Part shown: in pieces, positions 48,171 through 61,074 of the stretch
Layout of the letters: every line of letters starts with the position of its first letter
Numbering within the stretch: position 1 is the stretch's first letter
From: Leucoraja erinacea
Lineage: Eukaryota
Assembly (NCBI RefSeq): GCF_028641065.1
Contig: NC_073382.1
Span: 81,282,001-81,346,000 of the forward strand
DNA: 64,000 nt
Reading direction: 5' to 3'
Position numbers and translations under genes: made by a program
Notes under the pieces: generated by a model
Seen by the model: the letters and a program-made list of their open reading frames with translations, nothing else
Database searches by the model: none
What the model was told of the DNA's origin: nothing

Positions 48171-51169
48171 TTACTCTGGTAATGGTTGCATCCAAATAAA
48201 GTGTCTTTAGCAGAGTGTCTGTTGTCATGTCTGGGTCTCCAGCCTTGGTTCAGGTGTTTAGATGTGGAGGGGTCGCTGAGAACTAAGGGGGATCGGGTTG
48301 GGGGGGGGCCGGGGGGAGAAGGGATGAGAATTTTTTGTAACTTTGTCGGTGGCTGTTTCGTGTACGTGGTTTGCAAAGACCAGGATTTTCACTGCACCTA
48401 CTGTACAAGTGGCACGGAAGCTCGAAGGGCCGAATGGCCTACTGTGCACCTATTGTCGATAGTTGATGTGCAGGAAGGAATTGCAGATGCTGGTTTACTC
48501 CGAAGATGGGCACAGAATGCTGGAGTAACTCAGCGGTCAGGCAGCATCTCTGGAGAGAAGGAATGGGTGACATTTCGGGTCGAGACCCTTCTTAGACAAT
48601 AGACAATAGGTGCAGGAGTAGGCCATTTGGCCCTTCGAGCCAGCACCACCATTCAATGTGATCATGGCTGACCATCCACAATGAGTACCCCGTTCCTGCC
48701 TTCTCCACATATCCCCTGACTCCGTTATCTTTAAGAGCCCTATCTAGCTCTCTCTTGAAAGCATCCAGAGAACCTGCCTCCACTGCCCTCTGAGGCAGAG
48801 AATTCCACAAACTCACCACTCTCTGTGTGAAAAAGTGTTTCCTCGTCTCCGTTTTAAATGGCTTACCCCTTATTCTTAAACTGTGTGGCCCCTGGTTCTG
48901 GACCCCCCCCCCCCAACATCGGGAACATCTGTAAAGAATTATCCTCACCAGTGTAAAACTGCATGCTATCCAGTCCCATCATGCCGTACCTGCACAATAG
49001 ATCTTCTGTTGAACTACAGGCAAATAGCCGGAACCATCTTGCTACATCCAAGTCTCTGAAAAGATCGGTCTGGGCCCAAAGAACACAAAACAATACAGCA
49101 CAGGAACAGGCCCTTCGGCCCACGATGTTCGTGTTGAACATGGAGCCATCACATCGCTACACATCAAGTCAAGACAAGAGTCAAGAGAGTTTTATTGTCA
49201 TGTGTCCCAGATAGGATCATAACTCTTGCTTGCTGCAGCACAACAGAACATGTAAACATAATACAGAACGGGAGATAAAGTTGATTGTGTCTATAGACCA
49301 TCGACCATATATGTACACAAAAATAAACAGACAAAGTGCACTAAGCTGTTATTGTTCAGAGTTTGTTTGTAGTTGTGCTTAATAGTCTGATAGCTGTGGG
49401 GAAGCAGCTGTTCCTGAACCTGGATGTTGCAGATTTCAGGCTCCTGTACCGTCTACCTGATGGCAGCGGAGAGATGAGTGTGTGGCCAGGATGGTGTGGG
49501 TCTTTCATGATGCTGGCAGCCTTTTTGAGGCAGCGACTGCGATAGATCCCCTAGATGGTGGGGAGGTCAGAGCCGATGATGGACTGGGCAGTGGTCACGA
49601 TTTTCTGCATTCTTTTCCGCTCCTGAACGTTCAAGTTTCCGAACCAAACCACGATGCAGCCAGTCAGCATGCTCTCTACTGTGCACCTGTAGAAGTTAGA
49701 GAGAGTCCTCCTTGACAAACCGACGCTCCGTAATCTTATCCGGAAGTAGAGGCGCTGATGTGCCTTCTTTATGATTGCATTGGCGATCCACATACATACA
49801 AGATACAAGATACATTTAATTGTCATTTGGACCCCTTGAGGTCCAAACGAAATGCCGTTTCTGCTGCCATACATTACAAACTAGACCCAAGACACAACAT
49901 GTTACATAAACATCCATACATTGCTAGGAAGGCCAAATAAACAATACTGCACTGCCCCCCCCCCCCCCCCCCCCCCGAAGGAGTCAAAGTCAAAGGCCAT
50001 CCCTCCATTCCCTTCATAGCCATGTGTCTATCTACCGCCATAGACAATAGGTGCAGGAGTAGGCCATGGCCCTGACCATCCCCCATTCAATCATGGCTGA
50101 TCATCCCCCTACCCCGTTCCTGCCTTCTCCCTATATCCCTTGATGACGTCTAGTTTAATGCCTTTTGAAAAGCTCTTTGTTGCGTGCTATCCAGTCAGTG
50201 GAAAGACTGTACATGATTACAATCGAGCCGTCCACAGTTTACAGATACAGGATAAAGGGAATAAAAGCTTTTAAAAAACACTTCAACACCATTATCGTAT
50301 CTGCCTCTGTGTAAAACACTTGCCCCGCACATCTCCTTTAAACTTTGCACCTCTCACCTTAAAGCTGTGCCCTCTAGTCTGTGACATCCCCACTCTGGGG
50401 GCAAGGCTGTGACTGTCTACCCTCTCTCCACCCCCCTCTCTCACCTCTCTCTCTCTCTGCCTCTGTGTCTCTGTCTCTGCTCCCTCTCTCTCTGTCCCCT
50501 CTCTCTACCCCCCTACCTCTCTAGACACATCTGCGAGTTTGGGGCTATGGGTGAGTGGATCGGGCGGGGGATGGGGTAAAAGGAGCAAATTAATAATATT
50601 AATATAATATCAAGGGGGTGGTTAGTGTGTGGGGGGGGTGGGCGTGACGCCGCAGGCCGCCCCCCCGAGCCACATTGAGGGGACGGGACCCAATGGGTCC
50701 CACTCGGTCTAGTAATTTTATAAATATCTATCAAGTCTCCCCTCGACCTCCGACATTCTGGAGACAACAATCGCAGTCTGTCCAACATCTCCCTGTAGCG
50801 GAAACCCTCTAATCCCGGCATCGTTCTGGTAAACCTCCTCTGCACCGTCTCCAAAGCCCCCAGGCCCTTGGCCGAGGGGTCAGCATGGACTCGATGGGCC
50901 GAAGGATCTGTTTCCGCGCTGCATTTCTAAACAAAACTAAGCTGGGAGGTTGCGACAGGTTGCGAGAGAATGGGCTGGAAAGTTGGCAGGTGAGTTCCAG
51001 ATAGAATTTAATCTGGACAAGTGTGCAGCGATACACATCGGGACATCGAAAACTAATCGGACAAGTAACATTTACCAACAAGTAAATTGATGGGACTTCA
51101 GGAGTCTTGTTGCACTTGGGAGTGTTGTGTACAGATCAGGTGGACACACGATAGCAAGGATTCAGTAGC

Positions 51170-51172
<3 letters not shown>

Positions 51173-51222
<50 letters not shown>
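51173..51222. repeat. (GA)n microsatellite
   Basis: Perfect dinucleotide run. Confidence 0.95.
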
Positions 51223-51227
<5 letters not shown>

Positions 51228-51999
51228 CAGAGAGAGTGCAGGAGGAGGCCATTCGGCCCTTCGAGCCAGCACCGCCATTCAATGTGATCATCATACCCCA
51301 ATCAGTACCCCGTTCCTGCCTTCTCCCCATATCCCCTGACTCCACTATCTTTAAGAACCCTATCTAACTCTCTCTTGAAAGTATCCAGAGAACCGGCCTC
51401 CACCTTCCTCTGAGGCAGAGAATTCCACAGACTCACAACTTTCAGTGTGAAAAAGTGTTTTGACATGGTGGTGCAGCGGGTAGAGCTGCTGCCTTACGGC
51501 ACCAGAGACCCGGGTTCGATACTGACTACGGGTGCTGTCTGTGTGGAGTTTCCTCGTTCTCCCCCAGTCTATGAAAGTAAGCATGCAGGTACAGCAGGCA
51601 GCGAAGAAAGCCAATGGCATGTTGGCCTTTATAACAAGAGGAATCGAGTATAGGAGCAAAGAGGTCCTTCTGCAGTTGTACAGATCCCTAGTGAGACCAC
51701 ACCTGTAGTATTGTGTGCAGTTTTGGTCCCCTAATTTGAGGAAGGGCATTCTTGCTATTGAGGGAGTGCAGCGTAGGTTTACACGGTTAATTCCTGGGAT
51801 GGCGGGGCTGTCATGTGCTGAGAGAATGGAGCAGCTGGGCTTGTACACTCTGGAGTTTAGAAGGTTGAGAGGGCATCTTGTTGAAACGTATAAGGTTGTT
51901 AAGGGCTTGGACACATTAGATGCAGGAAATATGTTCGTGATGTTGGGGGAGACCAGAACCAGGGGCCACAGTTTAAGATTAAGGAGTAAGAGTCTAAAT

Positions 52000-53335
52000 G
52001 TCATACCATGCATAAGATTCTATCGGAATACAACATGGGTAGCTATACATCGCTTGCTGTCGACCATCACCCACACCTAGGAGTCGAATTAAGTAAAGAT
52101 TTAAGTTGGGCGACACATATTAGTCAAGTGTACAACAAAGCAAATAGAACTCTCGGCCTACTCAAGAGAAATGTTTACGCATGTAGTACATCCGTCAAAG
52201 AGAACGCCTCCAAGTCCTTGGTCAGGCCCAAATTGGTGTATTAGACAATAGACAATAGGTGCAGGAGTAGGCCATTCGGCCCTTTGAGCCAGCACCACCA
52301 TTCAAGGTGATCATGGCTGATCATCCCCAATCAGTACCCCGTTCCTGCCTTCTCCCCATATCCCCTGACTCCGCTATCTTTAAGAGCCCTATCTAGCTCT
52401 CTCTTGAAAATATCCAGAGAACCTGCCCTCTGAGGAAGAGAATTCCACACACTCACCACTCTCTGTGAGAAAAAGTGTTTCCTCATCTCCGTTCTAAATG
52501 GTTTACTCCTTATTGTTAAACTGTGTGTGGCCCCTGGTTCTGGACTCCCCCAACATCGGGAACATGTCTCCCTGCCTCTAGCGTGTCCAAATCCTTAACA
52601 ATCTTATATGTTCCAATGAGATATCCTCTCATCCTTCTAAACTCCAGTGTACAAGCCCAGCTGCTCCATTCTCTGTAGTACATCCGTCAACGAGAATGCC
52701 TACAAGTCCTTGGTCAGGCCCAAATTGGAGTATTGTGGAGCCGTATGGGATCCGTTGAACAACAACAACAAGATCGCCCCTGGAGAAAGTACAACTCCGA
52801 GCAGCCCGCTCTGTATGTCATGACTCCAAGCGGGAATAATATGCTGACTTCTCTCGGATGGGATAGAAACATAGAAACATAGAAAATAGGTGCAGGAGTA
52901 GGCCATTCGGCCCTTCGAGCCTGCACCGCCATTCAATATGATCATGGCTGATCATCCAACTTAGTATCCCGTACCTGCCTTCTCTCCATACCCCTGATCC
53001 CCTTGGCCACAAGGGCCACATCTAACTCCCTCTTAAATGGTTCCCTCCAATGAACTGGCCTCGACTACCCTCTGTGGCAGAGAGTTCCAGATATACCCAG
53101 GATACCCTAGAGCTACGCAGAATCAAGCTAAGACTTACTGCAAGTTACAAGGAGATTCACACAATCAAGCCATCAAATCTCCCGTCATCCCAGAGCACCG
53201 ACTGTCGTGAAACAAGACAAAATAACGGTCCCTACATCATCAACTCGCTAAACTTTATTCCCAATATTCCCTTTACCCAAGGATGATAAGGGAATGGAAT
53301 AGGTTACCACCCAACACACGTGCTGCTCCTGATGT
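52000..53335 (+). mobile_element. Divergent non-LTR retrotransposon remnant interrupted by two CR1 insertions
   Basis: HLGVELSKDLSWATHI..KANRTLGLLKRN..SLVRPKLEYCGAVWDP, in pieces at 52000-52242, 52674-52862 and 53092-53335. Confidence 0.7.
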
Positions 53336-54222
53336 TAAGTAAGTAAGTACGTTTTATTCATATTGAACGTGTTAAGTCAACTCACATTGACACCAAAGTG
53401 CTTTACATAAAATAAATAATAAGTTTCCATACAAACCATAGAAAAAGGTTTAAAAAAAATTAAAAATTAAAATTTTAAATATGGACACAACACATTATAG
53501 AGTTCAACACAAACGTTCCCCCACAGCAGAATCAAAATCTTCCACTGTGGGGAAAGGCACCAGAAAGTTAAGTCCTCTTCCTCTGTGAAACACCCGAGGT
53601 CGGGGCCCATTTGTGGCCTTGCAGCCAGTCCGATGATTTTCAGGACCCTCTTGCCGTGAAGATGGAACTCCGGCATCGGGTGAAACATTCCTCAGCGGCT
53701 TGGAAAGTCGTTTAAAAATGGGATTGAGCAACTCGATTTCCTCAACTTGGTCAAAAAGGCCCACTTCCAAATGTAATGGCTACTCTCCTCACTGCGACCT
53801 GCGCAAGGTGACCTCTGATGAGGTGTTTGTGCAGTAATCAACCAGAACTGGGGCCAATTTTCTTTGGAAAGCCAATTAACCTACAAAACTGTACGTCTTT
53901 GGGGTGTGGGAGGAAACCGGAGCGCCCGGAGAAAACCCTCTTCTCATTCCTCTTCTCCTGCCTTCTCCCCTCTCCATCTCTCCTCATGAGGGGAATGGAT
54001 AGGGTGAATGCACCTTTACCCAGAGTAGGGGAATCGAGAACCAGAGGACATAGGTTTAAGGTGAGAGGAAAAAGATTTAAAAGGAATCTGAGGGGTCACT
54101 TTATTCACACAGAGGGTGGTGGGTGTGTGGAACAAGTAGTTGAGGCAGGGACTATTGCAATGTTTAAGAAACATTTGGACAGGTACATGGATAGGCCAGG
54201 TTTAGAGGGATATGGGTTAAAT

Positions 54223-54537
54223 GCGGCACGGTCGTGCAGCGGGTAGAGCTGCTGCCTCACACTGCCAGAGACCCGGGTTCGATCCCGACCACGGGTGCTG
54301 TCTGTACGGAGTTTGCACGTTCTCCCCGTGACCTGCGTGGGGTTTTCTCTGGGTGCTCCGGTTTCCTCCCACACTCCAAGGACGTGCAGATTTGTAGGTT
54401 AATCAGCTTTGTAAATGTAAAAATTGTCCCTAGTGTGTGTCGGATAGTATTAATGTCCGGGGATCACAGGTCAGTGCGGACTCGGTGGGCCAAAGGACCT
54501 GTTTCCGCGCTGTATCTCTAAACTAAACTAAACTAAA
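54223..54537 (+). mobile_element. V-SINE (HE1-like)
   Basis: Same family motifs with a (CTAAA)n tail. Confidence 0.85.
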
Positions 54538-55949
54538 ATGTTTTTTCTGAGGGTTGTGAGAATGGGGAACTTGAGCAGATGGGACTGGTGTAGATGGGGA
54601 TTCTAATGAGGGAGTGCAGCAAAGGTTCACCAGGTTAATTCCCGGGATGGCGGGACTGTCGTATGATGAGAGAATGGAGCGGCTGGGCTTGTACACTCTG
54701 CAGTTTAGAAGGATGAGAGGGTATCTTATTGAAACATATAAGATTATTAAGGGTTTGGACACGCTAGAGGCAGGAAACATGATCCCGATGTTGGGGGAGT
54801 CCAGAACCAGGGGCCACACACAGTTTAACAATAAGGGGTAAACCATTTAGAATGGAGACGAGGAAACACTTTTTCACACAGTGAGTTGTGAGCCTGTGGA
54901 ATTCTCTGCCTCAGAGGCCGGTTCTCTGGATATTTTCAAGAGAGAGCTAGATAGGGTTCTTAAAAATAGCAGAGTCAGGGGATATGGGGAGAAGGCAGGA
55001 ACGGGGTACTGATTGGGGATGATCAGCCATGATCACATTGCATGGCGGTGCTGGCTCGAAGGGCGAAAGGCCTACTCCTGCACCCTATTGTCAATTGTCT
55101 ATTGACATGATCACATTGAATGGCGTTGCTGGCTCGAAGGGCCGAATAGCCTACTCCTGCACCCTATTGTCAATTGTCTTGTTGTCGGCTGGCATGGGCA
55201 TGTTGGGCCGAAGGGCCTGTGTCCGTGGTGGGCGATTCAATGACGTTGGTCGCGGGAACGCTGAGTCTGTTCCCCGAGGAGCCGGTTTTGTCAGGTTCGA
55301 TAATAAACGTTGCATCAGCGGGCTGTTGCTCTCACATCTCGTTAACAACACAGTTTGTTCTCTGGACTCCTGGGGCGCGAGAAATCACAACCAGAGGGGA
55401 ACGGCGCACGGTGTCACAGAGAGGTGTAGGGTGCTGCTCCCCTCCCCCCCCCCCCCCCCCCCCCCCCCCTTCCCCACCTGACCCAACCCCACCCATTATG
55501 AAGGATGAGAGAGGATCTTGTAGAAACATATAAATTATTAAGTGTTTGGACACGCTAGAGACAGGAAACATGTTCCCGATGTTGGGGGAGTCCAGAACCA
55601 GGGGACACAGTTTAAGAATAAGGGGTAAGCCATTTAGAACAGAGATGAGGAAACACGTTTTCACCCAGAGAGTTGTGAGTTTGTGGAATTGTCTGCCTCA
55701 GAGGGCGGTGGAGGCAGGTTCTCTGGATACTTTCAAGAGAGAGCTAGATAGGGTTCTTAAAGATAGCGGAGTTACGGGATATGGGGAGAAGGCAGAAACG
55801 GGGTACTGATTGGGGATGATCAGCCATGATAACATTGAATGGCGGTGCTGGTTCGAAGGGCCGAATGGCCTCCTCCTGCACCGATTGTCTGTTGTCTATT
55901 CTCCAACCTCCCCATCCCATCCCCACCCATCAATCTCTACCTCCACAAT

Positions 55950-56265
55950 GGGTGGCGCAGCGGTAGAGTTGCTGCCTTACAGTGCTGGCAGCGCCAGAGA
56001 CCTGGGTTCGATCCCGACCACGGGCGCTGTCTGTACGGAGTTTGCACGTTCTCCCTGTGACCTGTGTGGGTTTTCCCCAAGATCTTCGGGTTCCTCCCAC
56101 ACTCCAAAGACGTACAGATTTGTAGGTTAAATGGCTTGGTAAATGTAAATATTTCCTGTAGAGCGTGTAGGATAGTGTTAGTGCACGGGCATCACTGGTC
56201 AGTGCGGACACGGTGGGCCGAAGGGCCTCTTTCCATGCTGTATCTCTAAACTCAACTAAACTAAA
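55950..56265 (+). mobile_element. V-SINE (HE1-like)
   Basis: Same family motifs. Confidence 0.85.
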
Positions 56266-57836
56266 CCTCCCTCCCCTGTCCCATCTCCACCCAGCAGTGA
56301 GATGCTGCAGATGTTCTATTAACCATATAACAATTACAGCACAGAAACAGGCCATCTCGGCCCTTCTAGTCCATGCCGAACACTTATTCTCCCCTAGTCC
56401 CATCTACCTGCACTCAGACCATAACCCTCCATTCCTTTCCCGCCCATATAACTATCCAATTTATTTTTAAATGATAAAATCGAACCTGCCTCCACCACCT
56501 CCACTGGAAGCTCATTCCACACAGCTACCACTCTCTGAGTAAAGAAGTTCCCCCTCATGTTACCCCTAAACTTCTGTCCCTTAATTCTCAAGTCATGTCC
56601 TCAAGTTGTTCCTACTCTCAGTGAATCTTATCCACGTCAACTATGTCTATCCCTCTCATCATTTTAAAGACCTCTATCAAGTCCCCCCTTAACCTTCTGC
56701 GCTCCAAAAATAAAGACCTAACTTGTTCAACCTTTCTCTGTAACTCAGCCATGATCACATTGAATGGCGGTGCTGGCTCGAAGGGCCAAATGGCCTACTC
56801 CTGCACCTATTGTCTATTCGATCTGAAGAAGGATCTCGACCCGAATCGTCACCTATTCTTTTGCTCCATAGATGCTGCCTCTCCAGCATTGTTGTCTACC
56901 TTCTACCAATCGGTGGTGGCCAGTGCCATCTTCTTCACTGCCGTGTGCCGGGGCATCAGGGCGAAGGCTGCGGACGCCAACACGGTCAACAAACTCATCA
57001 GGAAGGCCGGCTCCGCCCTGGGAGGTTGGTCTTGGCGGGGAGGATGTTCCTCAAACTGCGGAGCATCCTGGACAATACAGCTCACCCCCTCCGTGACACA
57101 CTGGCCAACCTGAGGAGCACCTTCAGCAACAGACTGGTTCCACCAAGATGCAGCACACAACGCCACAGGAGATCCTTCTTCCCTGTGGCTATCAAACTGT
57201 ACAACCCCTCCCCCTTCTGTTATGTGGTACGCTGACTCCCCTCCCTCTCTCCCCAATCTTTGCACATCCCCAATCCTTTCCACTCGTCACTTTAACCTCA
57301 TTAAACAGGTTGAGTCGGCTGGGTCCGGATTCCTTGGAGCGCAGGAGGATGAGGGGTGATCTTATAAAATCATGCGAGGAATAGCTCGAGTAGATGTACA
57401 GAGTCTCTCGCCCAGAGTAGGACCAGACATAGGTTTAAGGTGAGGAGGGGATGATTTAATAGGAACCTGAGAGGCAACTTTTTCACACAGAGGGTGGTGG
57501 GTGTATGGAACAAGCTGCTAAGGAGGTAGTTGAGGCTGGGTCTATCCCAACGTTTAATAGACATTTGGACAGGTACATGGATAAGAAAGGTTTAGAGGGA
57601 TGTGGGCCAAACGCGGGCAGGTGGGACTAGTGTAGATGGGACTTGTTGGTCAGCATGGATAGGTTGCGCTGAAGGGACAGTTTCTGTCTGTGTGGAGTTT
57701 GCACGTTTGGCAAGGATGAGCTGGAAGAGGCTTTGCATGGTTTCATTGAGAAACAAGGTGGCTATTTAGATCTCTCCTCTCCTTTCCTCTCCTCTCTCCT
57801 CTCCCCTCCTCCCTCCACTCCTCTCCTCTCCCCGCG

Positions 57837-57885
57837 ATGTTCTCCCTCCGCTTATCGCTGCTCCTGTCGTTGTTCCTGTATCCAG
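57837..57885 (+). CDS. Nicotinic acetylcholine receptor alpha9/alpha10-like exon 1 (signal peptide)
   Basis: MFSLRLSLLLSLFLYP hydrophobic leader; phase-1 donor CAG|GTGAGG. Confidence 0.7.
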
Positions 57886-58052
57886 GTGAGGTCAGTCCCG
57901 GTGGGTCGGTACAGCAGTGGCCGGACGGGCCGGGCGGCCGCACCGCGCTCCTTGTTCCTCCCCCTCCCACCTTGCCCCCCTCCCCACTCCTCTGAAGATG
58001 TTCCCCACTCACCTCTCCCCTCTCTCCCCCTCTACCCCCCACCCACCTGCAG

Positions 58053-58195
58053 CCTCGGACGCTGCGAGCGGGGGGGCTGCGCGGCGGCTGCTACGGGACG
58101 TGGTGGGGGTCGGGGTCAGGGTCCGGCCGGTCTGGGACACGGAGCAACCGGTCAGCGTCAGCCTCAGCCTCGGAGTCCGTCAACTCATCCGTCTG
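58053..58195 (+). CDS. nAChR alpha9/alpha10-like exon 2
   Basis: ARRLLRDVV..VRPVWDTEQPVSVSLSLGVRQLIRL, homologous to alpha10 KLFRDLF..LRPVADTDQTLNVTL..QIIDM; phase 1 to phase 0. Confidence 0.8.
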
Positions 58196-58219
58196 GTGGG
58201 TCCCGTTTAATCCCCTGAC

Positions 58220-58995
58220 CTTCCCCTCTCCTCTCTCTCTCTCTCTCTCTCATCTCTCATCCCCTCTCCTATACTCCCCTCTCCTCCCAGTGTTGTCCCC
58301 CCGCAATTACAAGCCCAGTTATTCTGTGGTCAACACTCCCACCCAGTGATCTCTCTCCTCTCCTCTCCTCCCTACCCTACACCCCCTCCCCCTCCCCCTC
58401 CTCCCTCCCTTCTCCTCCTCTCCACTCCTCCCCCTCCTCCTTCCCCCTCTCCTCCTCCTCTCCTCCCCCCCTCCCTCCTCTCCCCTCTCCTCCCCTCCGC
58501 TCTCCTCTACTCCCATTCCACTTCCTTCCTCCCCCCCGCTCTTCTCTCCCCCTCATCTCTCCTCTGCACCCTTCTCTCCCCTCCTCTGCTCCCTTCTCCC
58601 CCTCATCTACCCTCTACCCTTATCTCCTCTCTCCCCTCCCCTCCCTCCTCTCCCCCTCTCTCTCCACCGCTCTCCCCTCTTCCCCTCCACCTCTCCTCTC
58701 CTCGCCTCTCCTCTCTTACCCTCTCTAATCCCCTCCTGTGTTCCCCTCCCTCTACCTCTCTCCCTACCCCTCAAATCCTCTCCTCTTTCCACTCCCATCT
58801 CTCTCTTCTCCTCTCCTTCTCCTCTCCTCCCCTCCTCTCTTCTCATCCCTCTCCTCTCCTCCCCCCTTCCCCCCCCCTCTCCCTCCCCTTCTCTCCCCCA
58901 CCCCCCTCTCTCTCTCCAATTCCTCCCTCTCCCTTTCATTCTCTCTCCTCCTCCCCTTCTCTCACCTTCCTCTAGTTTCCTTCCTCCCTCCCAAT
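58220..58995. repeat. Polypyrimidine low-complexity tract (similar tracts at 27970-28230, 32960-33225, 39626-39896, 42353-42600)
   Basis: Almost pure C/T sequence. Confidence 0.9.
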
Positions 58996-59027
58996 CCTAC
59001 GGTTCGTTCATCGTTCATATGAGATAG

Positions 59028-59480
59028 CACTAGAATTAGGCCATTCGGCCCATCAAGTCTATTCTGCCATTCAATCATAGCTGATCTATCTCTCCCTCCT
59101 AACCCCATTCTCCTGCCTTCTCCCCATAACCCCTGACACCCATACTGATCAAGAATCTATCTATCTCTACCTTAAAAATATCCTCCGACTTGGCCTCCAC
59201 AGCAGTCTGTGGCAAAGAATTCCACAGATTCACCACCCTCTGTCTAAAGCAATTTGTCCTCATCTCCTTCCTAAAGGAACGTCCTTTAATTCCGAGCCTG
59301 TGACCTCTCGTCCTAGACGCTCCCACTAGTGGAAACATCATATCCACATCCACTCTATCCAGGCCTTTCACTATTCTGTGTGTTTCAATGAGGTCGCCCC
59401 TCATCCTTCTAAACTCCAGCGAGTACAGGCCCAGTGCCGACAAACGCTCATCATAGGTTAACCCACTCATTCCTCGGATC
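59028..59480 (-). mobile_element. CR1 LINE 3' fragment, third subfamily (..EKAGEWG end)
   Basis: ORF2 C-terminus. Relatives at 805-1040, 36000-36335, 47375-47757 and 62973-63345. Confidence 0.85.
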
Positions 59481-61074
59481 GTTCTTGGAAACTGCCTCCT
59501 CACTCATCCCTCCACCTCTTCCCTCTCTTTGCCTTGCTCACTCCCCACCTCCCTCCACCTTCCCTCCCCCCACACCCTCGCTCCCTCCCCTCTCCCCTCG
59601 CCCCTCACCTCCTCTCTGTGTCTATCCAAATTGGAAATGGTGCCAAGGTTTACGAGGATGTTGCCAGGACTCGAGGGGCCTGAGGTTGAGGGAGAGGTTG
59701 GGGGAGGGGTTGGGGGCAGGGAGAGGTTGGGGGCAGGCTGGCACTTTAATCAATGGAGGGCAGGAGGATGAGGGATGATGTTACAGAGGTGTATAAAATC
59801 ACGAGGGAAATAGATCAAAGGAATGAAAGAGTATTTTATTGTTACTTGTTCCAATTAAGGTACAGTGATACTCAATTTCAGGTAGATGCACAGAGTCACT
59901 TGCCAGTAGACAATAGGTGCAGGAGTAGGCCTTTCAGCCCTTCGAGCCAGCACCGCCATGCAATATGATCATGGCTGATCATCCCCAATCAGTACCCCCC
60001 GTTCCTGCCTTCTCCCCATATCCCCTGACTCTGCTATCTTTAAGAGCCCTATCTAGCTCTCTCTTGAAAGTATCCAGAGAACCGGCCTACACCGCCCTCT
60101 GAGGCAGCGAATTCCACAGATTTACAACTATGTGAAAAAGTTGTTTCCTCGTCTCCGTTCTAAATGGCTTTTCCCTTATTCTTAAACTGTGGTCCCTGAT
60201 TCTGGACTCCCCCAACATCGGGAACATGTTTCCTGCCTCTAGTGTGTCCAAACCCTTAATAATCTTATATGTTTCAATAAGAAACCCTCTCATCATAAAT
60301 TCCAGAGTGTACAAGCCCAGCCGTTCGATTCTCTCAGCATATGGCAGTCCCGCCACCTTGGGAATTAACCTTGTAAACCTACGCTGCACTCCCTCAATAG
60401 CAAGAATTGCCCATAGTAGGGGAATCGAGGACCAGAGGACATGGGTTTAAGGTGAGGGGGGAAAGAATTAATAGAAACCTGAGGGGTAATCTTTTCACAC
60501 AGGTGGTGGGTGTATGGAACAAGCTGCCAGAGGAGGTAGTTGAGGCTGGGACTATCACAATACTCTGTAATGTCTATAACAATATAACAATCTGAAGAAG
60601 GGTCTTGACCCAAAACGTCGCCTTTTTCCTTCACTCCATAGATGCTGCCTCACCCGCTGAGTTTCTCCAGCACTTTTGTCTACCCATAACAATATTTAAA
60701 ATATATTTGGACAGGTACATGGATTTATTTGGACAGGTTTAGAGGGATGTGGGCCAAACGCAGGCAGGTGGGACTAGTGTAGATTGGACATATTGGCCAG
60801 TGTGTGCAAGTTGGGCCGAAGGGCCTGTTTCCGCGCTGTATCACTCTGTGACTTGTTTACCGGTCACAGACTCATGGGGAGGACGATGTTTCAGGTCATT
60901 TCAGGATATTTTTAATGCAGCTATAGACAGATTCTTGATCAGTACGGGTGTCGGGGGTTATGGGGAGAAGGCAGGGGAATGGGGTTAGGGGGGAGAGATA
61001 GACCAGCCATGATTGAATGGCGGAGTAGACTTGATGGGCCGAATGGCCTAATTCTGCTGTTATCACTGGTGAAG

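Noticed and set aside
47839-48228. 129-aa repetitive ORF (SRDVYSCLQA repeats)
   Set aside because: The underlying period is 10 bp, not a codon multiple, and there is no recognisable domain or splice context.
48550-48593. EKEWVT peptide resembling BCL7 exon 2 (EKKWVT)
   Set aside because: It comes from the high-copy Penelope repeat and lacks the following VGDTSLRI.
58346-58975. 209-aa Leu/Ser/Pro ORF (similar ones at 27.9-28.7 kb and 41.9-42.6 kb)
   Set aside because: These are polypyrimidine or polypurine tracts that lack stops by composition.
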